A stretch of DNA of 63,985 bases, the filler included, from Welwitschia mirabilis (lineage: Eukaryota): the NCBI GenBank assembly GCA_051453625.1. It is 7 parts of one record of this genome, joined end to end, with 100 filler letters (N's around TTAATTAATTAA, not from the genome) between each part and the next. Parts side by side here need not be neighbours in the genome. Positions count along the whole stretch, not along the records: positions 1 to 29,908 come from JBOZIK010000001.1; 6 more parts are not named here. The stretch is one strand, 5' to 3'. Positions 1 to 12,299 of the stretch are shown piece after piece. Position 1 is the stretch's first letter. Every line of letters starts with the position of its first letter. The notes below the pieces were generated by a model. That model saw only the letters and a program-made list of their open reading frames with translations. It made no database searches and had not been told where the DNA came from. The position numbers and the translations under genes are program-made.

Positions 1-435
1 TTAAGTCCAGCCCAAGTGTGGGTTGTGACATAACCTCCCAGTGGTAAATAATGTTTTTAATGTTATTAGTTTATAACATAATATTTTAAGTATAAGTTAA
101 TTATGTGATTTAGATTTTAATGTAATATTTTTAAAAGATAGCTGCATTTTTAAAGATTATGTTTTAATAAAATTTTATTTGTTGATCAATAAAGGCCAAT
201 GTATACATCACCTCACTTGGTAACATTACCAACAAAAGTTTGAAGTGTTTTATTAACACTAGATGTAATCTAAAGAAATGGAAAAGGAAGATGAGGCATG
301 TAAACATAGATTTAATTCAAATCCTATCCATTAAATAACTTGTAAAAGGTATCCCTATGTTTAAAAGCTTTGATAACTTAGTTTGTAATGCTTGTTATAA
401 GGGAAAACTAATGTGGATAAGATTCAATAAGAAAA

Positions 436-745
436 CTTCTATTTCTAATTTTTATCCATTACATTTTTTTACATCTAGATATAGTCAGACTATTGTAAAC
501 TAAAAGTTTAGAAAAGAAAAGGTATTATCTAATTATAGTTAATGATTACTCTAGATTGACATTGGTAGTTATCCTTAGATACATAAGAACACTTCTATTT
601 CTACTATTCATCCATTACATTTTTTTACATCCAGATCTAGTCACATTATCATAAACTAAAAGTTTAAGAAAGAAAAGATATTATCTAATTGTAGTCAATG
701 ATTATTTTAGATTCACATGGGTATCTTTCCTTGGATATAAGGATG
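436..745 (+). repeat. Diverged tandem duplication of ~155 bp within the integrase remnant
   Basis: acttctatttcta...tccattacatttttt...aaactaaaagttta...attatctaatt...tcctt occurs at ~436-590 and again at ~591-745. Confidence 0.85.
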
Positions 746-1688
746 AAGCCTTTAATAATTTTATTAACTTATGTATTAGATTGTAAAATGAAAGAGGATA
801 TTACATTAAAGAATTTAGAATCAATAATAATGATGAGTTTAAGAATGCTCAATTCAAGGAATTTTATGAGCAACATGAGATTTACCATTAGTTCTCTACA
901 TTAAGAACACTATAGCAAAATAGAGTAGAAAAGTGGAAAAATAAACTACTAAAAAAAATGACAAGAATCATGATGCATGATTAAAAGGTAGCATACCACT
1001 TATAGGTAGAATTATTAATAATACATGTTATGTATTAAGCTAAATTTTGGTAAGATCATTTATAGAAAGAACTTTGTATGACTTGAATGTTCAAGAAGTT
1101 ATTTTCACATTTTTGGGTCAAAATGTTTCATTCTAAATAAAAAGAAATAATTAAGAAAATTTGATATCAAAGCTAATGAAGGTATATTTCTTTATTATTC
1201 TATAGTTAATAAAGATTATAGAGTGTTTAAAAAATGCTTTTTAAGTATATAAGAAATGATCAATATAACATTAGATAACATTGACTTGAAAAAATTTTCA
1301 TGTGTATAGGATGATGATGATGAAGAAGCTAAAAGGAAGAAACATCTATGAGAGTGATGCACTTTAGAGAAAGATACTGAATTAAACAAAGGAATAAAAA
1401 GACATGATGAAGAGAATGTGCTAAAATATCAAAAGAAAAGATGAATGGAAAAAATTCATTCTTCATGTGATATCATTGGGATCCATCTAATGGAGTGAAG
1501 ACTAGGAGAATAATAAAAGAACAATGCGAACATGTCATCTATATATCTATAGTAAAACATGATAACTTTACTAATGATAATGAAGATGAATATAGGATGA
1601 CTAAAATATAGAAGAAAGTTTCTATGTGACAAAATTTTGGGACTAAAAAATCCCAAAATAGATTAGTAAAGGTATGATCTTTTATGTT
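436..1688 (+). mobile_element. Degenerate Ty1/Copia (SIRE-like) pol remnant: integrase to start of RT
   Basis: Broken frames give Copia integrase motifs: ..RYYLIVVNDY.RFTWVSFL..KDEA (~680-750) and FGSKCFILN..KFD.KA.EGIFL.YS...K.YRVF (~1110-1230). Many stops; ends at an N gap. Confidence 0.7.
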
Positions 1689-2384
1689 NNNNNNNNNNNN
1701 NNNNNNNNNNNNNNNNNNNNNNNNNNNNNNNNNNNNNNNNNNNNNNNNNNNNNNNNNNNNNNNNNNNNNNNNNNNNNNNNNNNNNNNNNNNNNNNNNNNN
1801 NNNNNNNNNNNNNNNNNNNNNNNNNNNNNNNNNNNNNNNNNNNNNNNNNNNNNNNNNNNNNNNNNNNNNNNNNNNNNNNNNNNNNNNNNNNNNNNNNNNN
1901 NNNNNNNNNNNNNNNNNNNNNNNNNNNNNNNNNNNNNNNNNNNNNNNNNNNNNNNNNNNNNNNNNNNNNNNNNNNNNNNNNNNNNNNNNNNNNNNNNNNN
2001 NNNNNNNNNNNNNNNNNNNNNNNNNNNNNNNNNNNNNNNNNNNNNNNNNNNNNNNNNNNNNNNNNNNNNNNNNNNNNNNNNNNNNNNNNNNNNNNNNNNN
2101 NNNNNNNNNNNNNNNNNNNNNNNNNNNNNNNNNNNNNNNNNNNNNNNNNNNNNNNNNNNNNNNNNNNNNNNNNNNNNNNNNNNNNNNNNNNNNNNNNNNN
2201 NNNNNNNNNNNNNNNNNNNNNNNNNNNNNNNNNNNNNNNNNNNNNNNNNNNNNNNNNNNNNNNNNNNNNNNNNNNNNNNNNNNNNNNNNNNNNNNNNNNN
2301 NNNNNNNNNNNNNNNNNNNNNNNNNNNNNNNNNNNNNNNNNNNNNNNNNNNNNNNNNNNNNNNNNNNNNNNNNNNNNNNNNNNN

Positions 2385-3010
2385 TAGTGTCTTATATTGC
2401 ATATGTTACTTTACCAGAGTTTTCATGTATTATTTTAGATTAATTTTAGATTTAGCATTATTGTGATTATTATTTTACTCATTTTTATGTAGACATATTC
2501 CATAGGACTAGATGTTTATGAATGTGATAGATGTATTTGAATGCCGTAGATGTCTAATAGTTAAATTTTCATTTCATCTAAATTCTTGCTCAAAATAATT
2601 ATTAGCTTGAAAATACATTTCTTTGCATATTTTATGAAAACTTTCAATGTGGACATCTTCAATTGAAATACACATCTACATAGTCCATAGACATTTCCTA
2701 GTTTGATAGACGACTACTATTAAAAATGCATAGATTTTTGCTAATTTAGTGTAGATTCCTTCTTAATCCATAGATGTCTATTAAACTTATGTTAGATGTT
2801 TATAGATGAAATAGACTTCTACACATAGTATAAATAAAAATAAATAAATATAGGGTTAAAAATCTCTATTTATATGAAACTTTTCTTCAAAATTATCATT
2901 TTTTATTTATATAAGCAAGACATATCTTTCCATAGCACTCTAAATATTAAATCAAAGATTGATAGCATATCTAACACCTCTCTCTAGATTGAGATATTTT
3001 TGTTTCTACA
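2385..3010 (+). mobile_element. Partial SIRE-type LTR (3' part)
   Basis: Cluster of tagatgtc/tagacat motifs at 2490-2820. It ends ctaacacctctctctag...tttctaCA, resembling the LTR end ttcaccctccctctag...ttCA at 42015-42049. Confidence 0.55.
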
Positions 3011-3199
3011 TGCTATAGTTTTCACTTGAACTTTTTTAGCTTTTCCTTTTCCATAATATTACAACATAGATATAGACAAAATCACTAGAGGAAAGAGCAT
3101 AGATGGATTTAAAAAAGTAATAATAGAAAAAAAGGACAAGGGATTAATCCAAGAGAGCTACTATAAAAACTGACTCATAAACCCAATCACAAAGTAGAT

Positions 3200-6100
3200 A
3201 TTCAAGATAGAAATTAGTCAATGTTATAGTTGAAAGAACCCTTAAATTCAAACCAAATAGATAAGCTCAAATTGGCAATTCTTTAAATATCTAGGATGGA
3301 AAAAATTAGTGAATNNNNNNNNNNNNNNNNNNNNNNNNNNNNNNNNNNNNNNNNNNNNNNNNNNNNNNNNNNNNNNNNNNNNNNNNNNNNNNNNNNNNNN
3401 NNNNNNNNNNNNNNAATAAAAACCTTTCACAAATAGATTTAGAAATTCAAACTTTCAATCTAATTTTCAACAAAATTAGAATGATCCACTCAGAGAATCC
3501 ATATGAGAAATGAGAAAGGTATAAGAAAAGACTACTAGTAACATTGAAAATTTAGTGAATGTACTCCAACAAATAATTCTTACCAATCAAAGATCACAAG
3601 GGTCTCTTACATCTCAATTTTACCCAATCCAAATGAAGTCAAGAAAGATTTGAAAGTGGTAATAAGAGTAGAATTGATACAACACCTCTTACCCATGAGG
3701 TTTTAACTTCCAAAAATAATGAATGAAATTAAGAAGATGATGTAGAAATTTTGGACTTATATAACTTTTCATCAACATCACATGCTAAAACCTCCATTAA
3801 AAATTTTTCATAAGAAAATAAAGGGAAGAAACCATCTACTTCTTAACTTGATTAATTAAATACAAATTCTACCTTTGATGAACATTTGAAAACCTTAATA
3901 TAAGAGGTAAACATCAACTTGTCTTTTTGGAAACTCTTACAAGAAAAACCCTAAATATTCTAATTTGTGAAAGGACCTAGTAAGAATAAAATAAAAACAT
4001 ACCATTCCTAACAAAGTTTTTCTTGTTTAATCTATTTCCAACATAGTCATGAAAAAGTGTTCTAAATTAAAAAACTCTATAGTTGCAACTGTGAGTATCA
4101 CCTTAGAAGAAAATAAAAAAATTCGAAAAGCTTTAATTGACATAGGAGCTAGTGTGAACATGATGCCTTTTTACATATGTAAGATATTTGGCTTGAAAAA
4201 TAGAATAGAACCTACATGAATTATTTTGGAATTGGCTGACACCTTAATCAAGAAATCCATTAGGGATTATCAAAGACCTCGTCATCTAAATTGAGGAATT
4301 CTTTTACCTTATAGATGTTGTCATCATTGAGGTAGAACATGATGGAGGTTATCCACTCCTCTTAGGAAGAGCCTTTTATGCAACTATCCATTGTATCATT
4401 GATACATGAACTGAGATGATAAGATGTCATTTTGGTAATAAAAGATTTATCATTTGAGTATTTGATGCTACTGAAAAGGACATAGGAGATGAGTTTAACT
4501 TAGAAAAACAATTGTAAAAAACCTTGTTTTTACAACATCAACCAATTAAGAAGATGTTAGTCATGCTACATAACCCAAATTTATATGACGATCCAATTGA
4601 AATACACTATCTTGAATCTGAGGATGAAGAATATATCAACTAGGGAGAAGCTCAACATATTTACTCAATAGAAAATATTTTTGCAAAGTATCATCTCATG
4701 TCTATCGTTCCCATGATAGATGAGACGATAATTGAAAATCTAAACTTAGAATTAAAGAAATTACCCCAAAGTTTAAAATATATTTTTCTAACTAATAATT
4801 AGACAAACCCCTTGATAATAAGTGATCTTACTACTCCTCAAAAATAATCAAACTTGATCTTACTCTTAACCTCTAAAGGAGAATCCTTTTCTTAGATCCA
4901 TAAATACTTAGTTACCATTCCTCTTGTAATAATTCAATACAAGATTTACCTTGAAAATAATGCTAAATCTATTAGATAACCCTAAAGAAGGATCAACCCA
5001 GCCCTTAAGGAAATAGTTAAAGATGAAGTCATTAAACTTATAAATATTGGGATCATATATGTTATATCTAATAGTAAATGAGTTAGCCCTTTGATAGTAG
5101 TTTCAAATGGAGGGGGGACAGAGAATGTGAATTGATTTTAGGAAACTTAATGATGTTACTAAAAAGAATCATTTCCCTTTACCCTTTCTTAATCAAGTAC
5201 TTCATAGAATCTAAGGTTATATCTATTACTATTTTCTTGATGGGTATAGTGGTTATAATCAAATTTTTGCATAGCAAGTAATAACTAATACAAAACATTA
5301 TTTAACTCATTCTTTGGAACATTTTCTTTTAGATGAATGTTCTTTAGACTATGTAATCTCCCTAAAACCTTTTAATAAGCTATGATGGGGATATTTTTCT
5401 AACATAATTGATGACTCTATTTAAATATTTGTGAATGAATTATTCATCTTTGATAAAACTTTTGAACAAACCATAGAAAGATTAGAGAAATTTTTCGATC
5501 AATGTATAGAAAGTGGCTTACATTTGAGTTAGGAAAAGAGTTTTCTCCTTATCAATCATGGAATTACTTTAGGATGTCACATATTGAAGGAAGGGATTAG
5601 GATGGATCCTACCAAAATTGATATCCTTAAAAACCTTAGCCCTCTAACTAATGTCAAACAAGTTAGACTGTTGCTTACTCATGCTAGCTTTTATCATTGT
5701 TTTATTCATGATTATACCAAAATTTGTAAACCACTTTACTCCTTAATTAAAAAAGATGCTAAATTCAATTGGAATGATTCATGTCAACTTGCATTTGAAA
5801 CTCTTAAGAAAAACATATCTTTTAAACCTATTATCACAGGTCTTAATTGGAATAAGTATTTTAAACTTATGTGTGATGCAAGTAATATTATTGTGGGTTG
5901 AGTTCTTGGTTAAAAATACAAAAATGATTTTAAAGTTATATCCTATCTTAGTAAAACTTTGTCCTAAGTCTACTCCAACTACAACACTACCAAGAGAAAA
6001 ATGCTTACCATTATCCTTTGTTTTGATCATCTTCGACATTATCTTCTTGGTTTTTTACATTAATGTTTACACTAATCATGTAACTATCTGCTATCTTATG

Positions 6101-9100
6101 ACTAAAAAATATTTTAATACTAGACTTATTAGGTGGATCCTTCTCATGCAAGAATTCAATCTCACCATTATTAATAAAGTTGGAAAACATAATAGTGTTG
6201 ATGATCATCTATCTTGACTTTCTTGTTTCCATAATGAACTTCCCATAAATGATTCTTTTCCTGATGAATAAGTCTTTATGATTGAGCAACTTTATACCAT
6301 CTCATCTACTCATCCTGCTCCTTTGTATGCTGATATCATGAACTACCTTATTACTCTGAGAACACCTCAGCATTGAAATGATAACTAATGCAAATATTTT
6401 TCCATAGGATCAGAGATCATAAGTGGAATGAACCTTAGCTTTATAGAAGATGCAAAAACCAAATCATGTGTAAGTAAGTGCCTGAGTGGGAAAGCCTAGA
6501 AATTGTAAAACTTTATCATAGTGGAGTATGTGGGGGACATTTTAGTGGCCAAAAGNNNNNNNNNNNNNNNNNNNNNNNNNNNNNNNNNNNNNNNNNNNNN
6601 NNNNNNNNNNNNNNNNNNNNNNNNNNNNNNNNNNNNNNNNNNNNNNNNNNNNNNNTTTTAGAAAACTTAATGACATCACTAAAAAGGATCATTGTCCTTC
6701 ATCCTTTCTTAATCAAGTACTTGAGAGAAATCCAAGGTCATGCCTACTATTGTTTTTTTGATAGTAGACTGGATATAATCAAGTTTGTATAGTAAGTAAA
6801 GACCAAGAAAAAACAACCTTTTACATCATCCTTTAGAATCTTTTCCTTTAGACTTATGTCTTTTAGACTTTTCAATGACCCTGAAAACTTTCAATGAGTA
6901 ATGATGGGGATATTTTCTAATATGATAAAGGATTCTATTGGATGAATTTTATATCTTTGGTAAAACATTTAAACAAATCATAGAAAGATAAGATAAAGTC
7001 TTGGACTGATGTATAGAAAGTGGCCTACATTTGAGTTGGGAAAAGAGTTTTCTTCTTGTTAATCATGGAATTATTTTAGGTTACTATATTTCAATGGAAG
7101 GAATTAAGATGGACCCTACAAAAGCTGATATCATTAAAAACCTTAGCCCTTTAACCAATGTTAAACAAGTGAGATTATTTCTTGATCATGTTGGTTTTCA
7201 TTATCTTTTTATTCATGCTTATGCTAAAATATGTAAAGCTCTTCACTCATTACTTTAAAAAGATGCTAAATTTGATTACAATAATTCATGTCAACTTGCA
7301 TTTACTACATTTAAATAAAAACATTTCTTTTGAACCAATTCTCATGGGTCCTGATTGGACTAAAGATTTTGAACTTACGTGTGATGTAAGAAACATTATT
7401 ATGGATGGGATTTTTGGCCAAAAAATCAAAATGATTTTAAAGTTATATCCTATCCTAGTAAAACTTTATTCAAAATCAAATCCAACTATATTACTACTAA
7501 GAGAGAAATGCTTGCCATCATCTTTTACCTTGATCATCTTTAACATTACCTTCTTGGTTTTCACATTAATAGTTACACAAATCATGTAGTAATTCACTAT
7601 CTTATGATGAAGAAAGATTCTAGTACCAGACTTATTAGGTGGATCCTTTTCATGTAAGAATTTAAATTTACCATCATTGATAAAGCTAGAAAAGATAATA
7701 GTATTACCATTCATCTATCTCAACTTTCTTATTCTCATGATGAACTTCTCATCAATTACTCTTTTCTAGATGAACAACTTTTATAATTAAGTAATTTTAT
7801 GCCATCTTCTCTACTCATCTTTCTTAACTTAGTATGATAATATCATGACCTACCTTATTACTATGAAAACACCTCAACATTGGACCCATAACCAATGTAA
7901 ATCTTTTCTCCATAGGATCAATTATTATGAGTGAAATGAACCCCATATTTATAGAAGATGTAAAGACCAAATCATGCGTACGTGTGTGCCTAAGTGGGAA
8001 AGCCTGAAAATCCTAAAACTTTATCATGGTTAAGTATGTAGGGGACACTTTAGTAGCTAAATTACTATCATAAAATTCTTCACTCTAGTTTTTATTGGCC
8101 TACCCTTTTTGAGGATTTATTTAACTTTGCTAGAAGGTGTGATGTGTGTCAACATTATGGTAGCCTAACTTGTCCTCAAAAAATGCCCCTCGAACCTATA
8201 CTTGAATGTGAACCTTTTGATTTTTTGGGGAATTAACTTTATAGGCCTGATTAAACCACCTTATCATGATAAACATTATATCTAGTAGCATTGATTATGT
8301 TCCTAGGTGGGTAGAAGTTATTTCTACTATTAAAAATGATGCTTAAACCATTTGCAATTTTGTTTAAACTTATATCTTTCAACATTTTGGTTTTCCATGA
8401 ATTATCATTAGTAATCAGGAAACTCATTTCATTAATTACCTTTTTTAAAAACTCCTTTTATTCATTGGTATTGAGCATAGAATTGCATGTGTTTATCATC
8501 CTCAAACTAATGGCCAAGCCAAAAATGCAAATAGAGAAATTAAAAAGATGCTTCAAAAATTAGTCTATGTAAATAGAAAAATATGGTCCTCTAAATGTAT
8601 GATGTTCTTTGGGCTTACCATACTACTTGATGTAACTCTTTAGGTTTTCACCATATGAACATATGTACAGAAAATTTTATGGCTTGTCAGTTGATGTTTA
8701 CTATAACTCCTATTGATCCACCCATTAACTTAATGTTATAAACTTAAATGAAAATCTTAGAAATTAATTAGCCTAACTTGACCATTTAGATGAAAAACAT
8801 ACTCATGTCTTACATCATCAACTCTTTTATAAAGCCCAAGCCAAGTTTAGATATGACAAAAAAATTATTCATGAGTAATTTAAACTTGGTCAACTTGTTC
8901 TTCTATATAACACTAGAGTACACCTTTTACAAAACAAGTTAACTTCTAAATGGTTAGATACTTATCTTATAGAAAAAGTACATTCAAATGGTTTAGTTAA
9001 AATCTCTAATCCAAATATTAGATAAATTCAAAAGTTAATGAATAAAGGTTAATAATTTTTGAGTCATCTACTAATGAAACCTTGATCATGATATAAGCAC
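3200..9100 (+). mobile_element. Degenerate Athila-like Ty3/Gypsy gag-pol (PR-RT-RH-INT order) with internal duplication
   Basis: Protease KALIDIGASVNMMP (~4127); RT YYFLDGYSGYNQI (~5228); RNase H FKLMCDASN (~5860) and RLIRWILLMQEF (~6122); integrase GGHF, CDVCQ (~8138) and YHPQTNGQA (~8494). Many in-frame stops. Confidence 0.92.
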
Positions 9101-11043
9101 TTATCTTGAAAGCCCCTCTCAATGAGGATAATATTCCTCTTGTCATTATCTAAATTTCTTCTTAACTAATTCCTTCAGTTAACATCATGTTATTACTTAA
9201 ATATCTTAAATTTGACTTATGTATTTACTTTATGAATTTTCCATGATTAGTAATATTTTATTTGAATGTTTTAAATTATAAAATTGGCTTCATATAATCT
9301 TAAGATATTCATATATCTATGAACTTTATTTTGAAGGAAGATGCCTTGGTTCTTCTGTTCTCTTTCAAGGGTGTAAGTAATTAGTTATTTTTACATGTTC
9401 TTCTAGTTATTCATCTCTTTTCTTTACTTTTATCCTTATGAGTACTCAATCATGTGGGACATTACTAACAAAGAAAAAAGAAAGAAAGAAAGAAAGAAAA
9501 GAAATAAATACCATGCTCTTTCAGATCTAAACTAAAACGTGATCCCCATGATGTCCTACCACAAGTGCACTGGGGTAAATTTTCCTAAGAGGAGGCTTTG
9601 GTAGTATAATATGATAGCTGTGGAAACTCCACTAGGGGTTCAATTGGCCATGCTATGCAAGTTCTTACTCCTATAATAGTAATTACACTTCCCTTATCAT
9701 GATAGAATAAAATTATACTTATAAGCTATGAGATCAATGATATCACTAGTTTCATCAAAGGCACTATTTATTTTCTAGACTCATTTTATGTATTTATATA
9801 TAGTACTTTCACATGATCACTTTACTTTTTTGGATTCTAGTGTTGTTTTGATATAATAACTTATAAGTTCCTGTTTTAGTAGCTTTTTATCTTATCATTC
9901 ATTGTTTGATAATATTATACATACTTGATATCGTCATAATCATTGCCTATTTGAGTGGTACTTTATGAGCTTTTACATACTATTATGCATTTGTCATTAT
10001 GTGATTTTATGCTTATTATCAAGGAATTTGTTAGGTTAGAATTTAGGGTAAGTGAGCAGTCTTATTTATGTTTCTAGTTGTCCATTTTTATTTTGTTTTT
10101 CTTTGACTATTTTATTTTATTTTTCAAAGTCATTTCCCATATTTTCAAAGTCATTCCCCATACTTCTTCAGCATAATATTATGGATCTAATCATTTTATA
10201 GTTTCTTATTAATGTTTTTTCATAATTTCTATAGAGGATTGTTGTTCTATTTTCGACAAGATATTATGATTTGATGAGTTTTAGTTCTTCTTTTTCCATA
10301 AGTTTGGGCATATTTGAGGAGTCTTTGAGGATTCTTTCTTTCTACTTAGTGAATTTTCTTCTTTTTTATAGATATATATATGGTTATGTTTTTTAGGATA
10401 AATTTTTTACTTTCTGCATTTTTCTACTTTTTATGTTGCTTTCCATGTGCTTGGTTGCTTTTAACATTTTTATAGTTTTTCCTTTCATTCTAAACAACTT
10501 ATTTGATGACTGTCTTCCCATTTCTCTCATCCCCACAATAGCCAGGATGATACTTGTTATAACCCATATTTTGTAAACTTTAATTAATAGGGTTTCTAAA
10601 CTATGTAAAACATTTTGATATTAATTTTAATGAAAATCCCTTTTNNNNNNNNNNNNNNNNNNNNNNNNNNNNNNNNNNNNNNNNNNNNNNNNNNNNNNNN
10701 NNNNNNNNNNNNNNNNNNNNNNNNNNNNNNNNNNNNNNNNNNNNGTCCAATGTCTTTATCTTACATTATGCATATACATTATCATTTTCTAAGTTATCAT
10801 TATTACATTTTATAGTTTTTTGTATGTGTATGACATTCATTCATTCTATGGTGATGTGTTTCAGTAAGGGCTTATGAATATGTTAGTATGTGTATTAGTT
10901 AATTGGTTTTTGATATTTTTTTTACATGATTAAATTGAACTCAAATTACATTCTTTTAGTTTCTATTTGTCTTAGTCAAATTGGCTCGTAATATAGTTGA
11001 TCACTCACTTTGTCAGAGACTAACAAGGTTAAGTAGGGGGCTA

Positions 11044-12259
11044 TGTTACGATGCCAATTTGTAGGAATTTGATGGTGTATTTTAAGTTCTTTTGTAGGAC
11101 TTTTATATAGTTTGGATGTAATACTAATCAATATGAAGAATAGAAAGGATGATCACTAAAACATGTGATTCTTATCATATTTAGAGGCTTCTTAGGCTTA
11201 CTTTGATACTTCATACTTTGAAAGAAGAATGTACTATGTAAAATACTAATTTATTTTTGAGATAGAAGATGAGGAAGTCTATCATCTCATCTGTAGCATT
11301 GTTAACTTGAATAGAAGCTCTAGGTTTCACAGCAGGGCTTGAACCTGATGGAGTACCTTTTGATGTAGAGTGATATCCCCTCTGTCATTCGCATGATAGT
11401 CAGGATGATAGCTATTTTCTATAATGAAAATAATTATCTTTGTAATAGGATCATGTGATCCATTTAGGATGCTAGGATTTCTCTTTCAACTTCTAGGGTT
11501 AATCTTCTAAAACTTTAATGTAAAACTATAAATATCCTACCTTTTCTTCACATTTTTTTTGCATCTTTTGTACAAAATATTCTTGTGATGGAAGACTAAA
11601 GGATAAGAGGTTTCTCTAATAGCTACAGATTGAAGTTACCTTTGGTGTTGAGCTGAGTATCCTCCATTGAGGAGCTACTACTTTGTTGTAAGTGGATGTA
11701 AAAGTTCTATGATCAATTCAAATACTCTTTTTACTATAATTGTGTTTATGTACCTTATGATTTAATTTATTATAGTTTAATGACAATTCTATAATTTATT
11801 TAGATCACAAGGCAATCTTTATTAAGGTTGATGCTATTAGTTTAGATTCGCATTGCTATTTTATTCCAATATTGCATTTCATTTTCTATCTAACATATCT
11901 TTTAGTTCACATTGATTAGGAACAAGTGATGAACTCTTCTTAATTTATTTGAATTATAAAGAACTAGCTCTTGTGATAAAAGAATCAAGATCCATTTCAT
12001 TTTCATTCTTATTCATTGCATTTCATCTTTATTTATCATTGCATTGTATTTTACATTATTGATTACTTTTATTTATTTAAAGATAAAAGATCAAAAATAA
12101 TTTTGGAAATTAATTTTCTAACTCTAAGCCTAGTGCCTTTGTTGGAATTATGACATTAGGGTTAACTCTTTTTTATACTAGTGGGTGTTTTTTTGCAAGT
12201 AATTTGATTTACAAGTTTTTCTAAAGGACTTAAAAATTGCATAAATTCATGTTGCAATA
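11044..12259 (+). mobile_element. 3' LTR of the Gypsy element
   Basis: Follows the purine tract aagtagggggcta (11031-11043). Starts TGTTACGATGCC and ends TTGCAATA (eroded inverted terminus); TATA-like ctataaata at ~11526. The same LTR start occurs inverted at 62190-62275. Confidence 0.75.
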
Positions 12260-12299
12260 TGGTTAATTTTAGGAAACTCTATGCAAGAAAGAAAGTAAA

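Noticed and set aside
1539..2466. Long ORFs in the track here, at 50575-51475 and at 55280-56081
   Set aside because: They are open only because they run through N gaps.
10200..10560. Endogenous caulimovirus fragment
   Set aside because: Only an A-rich minus-strand composition; no movement protein, coat protein or RT motif could be identified.
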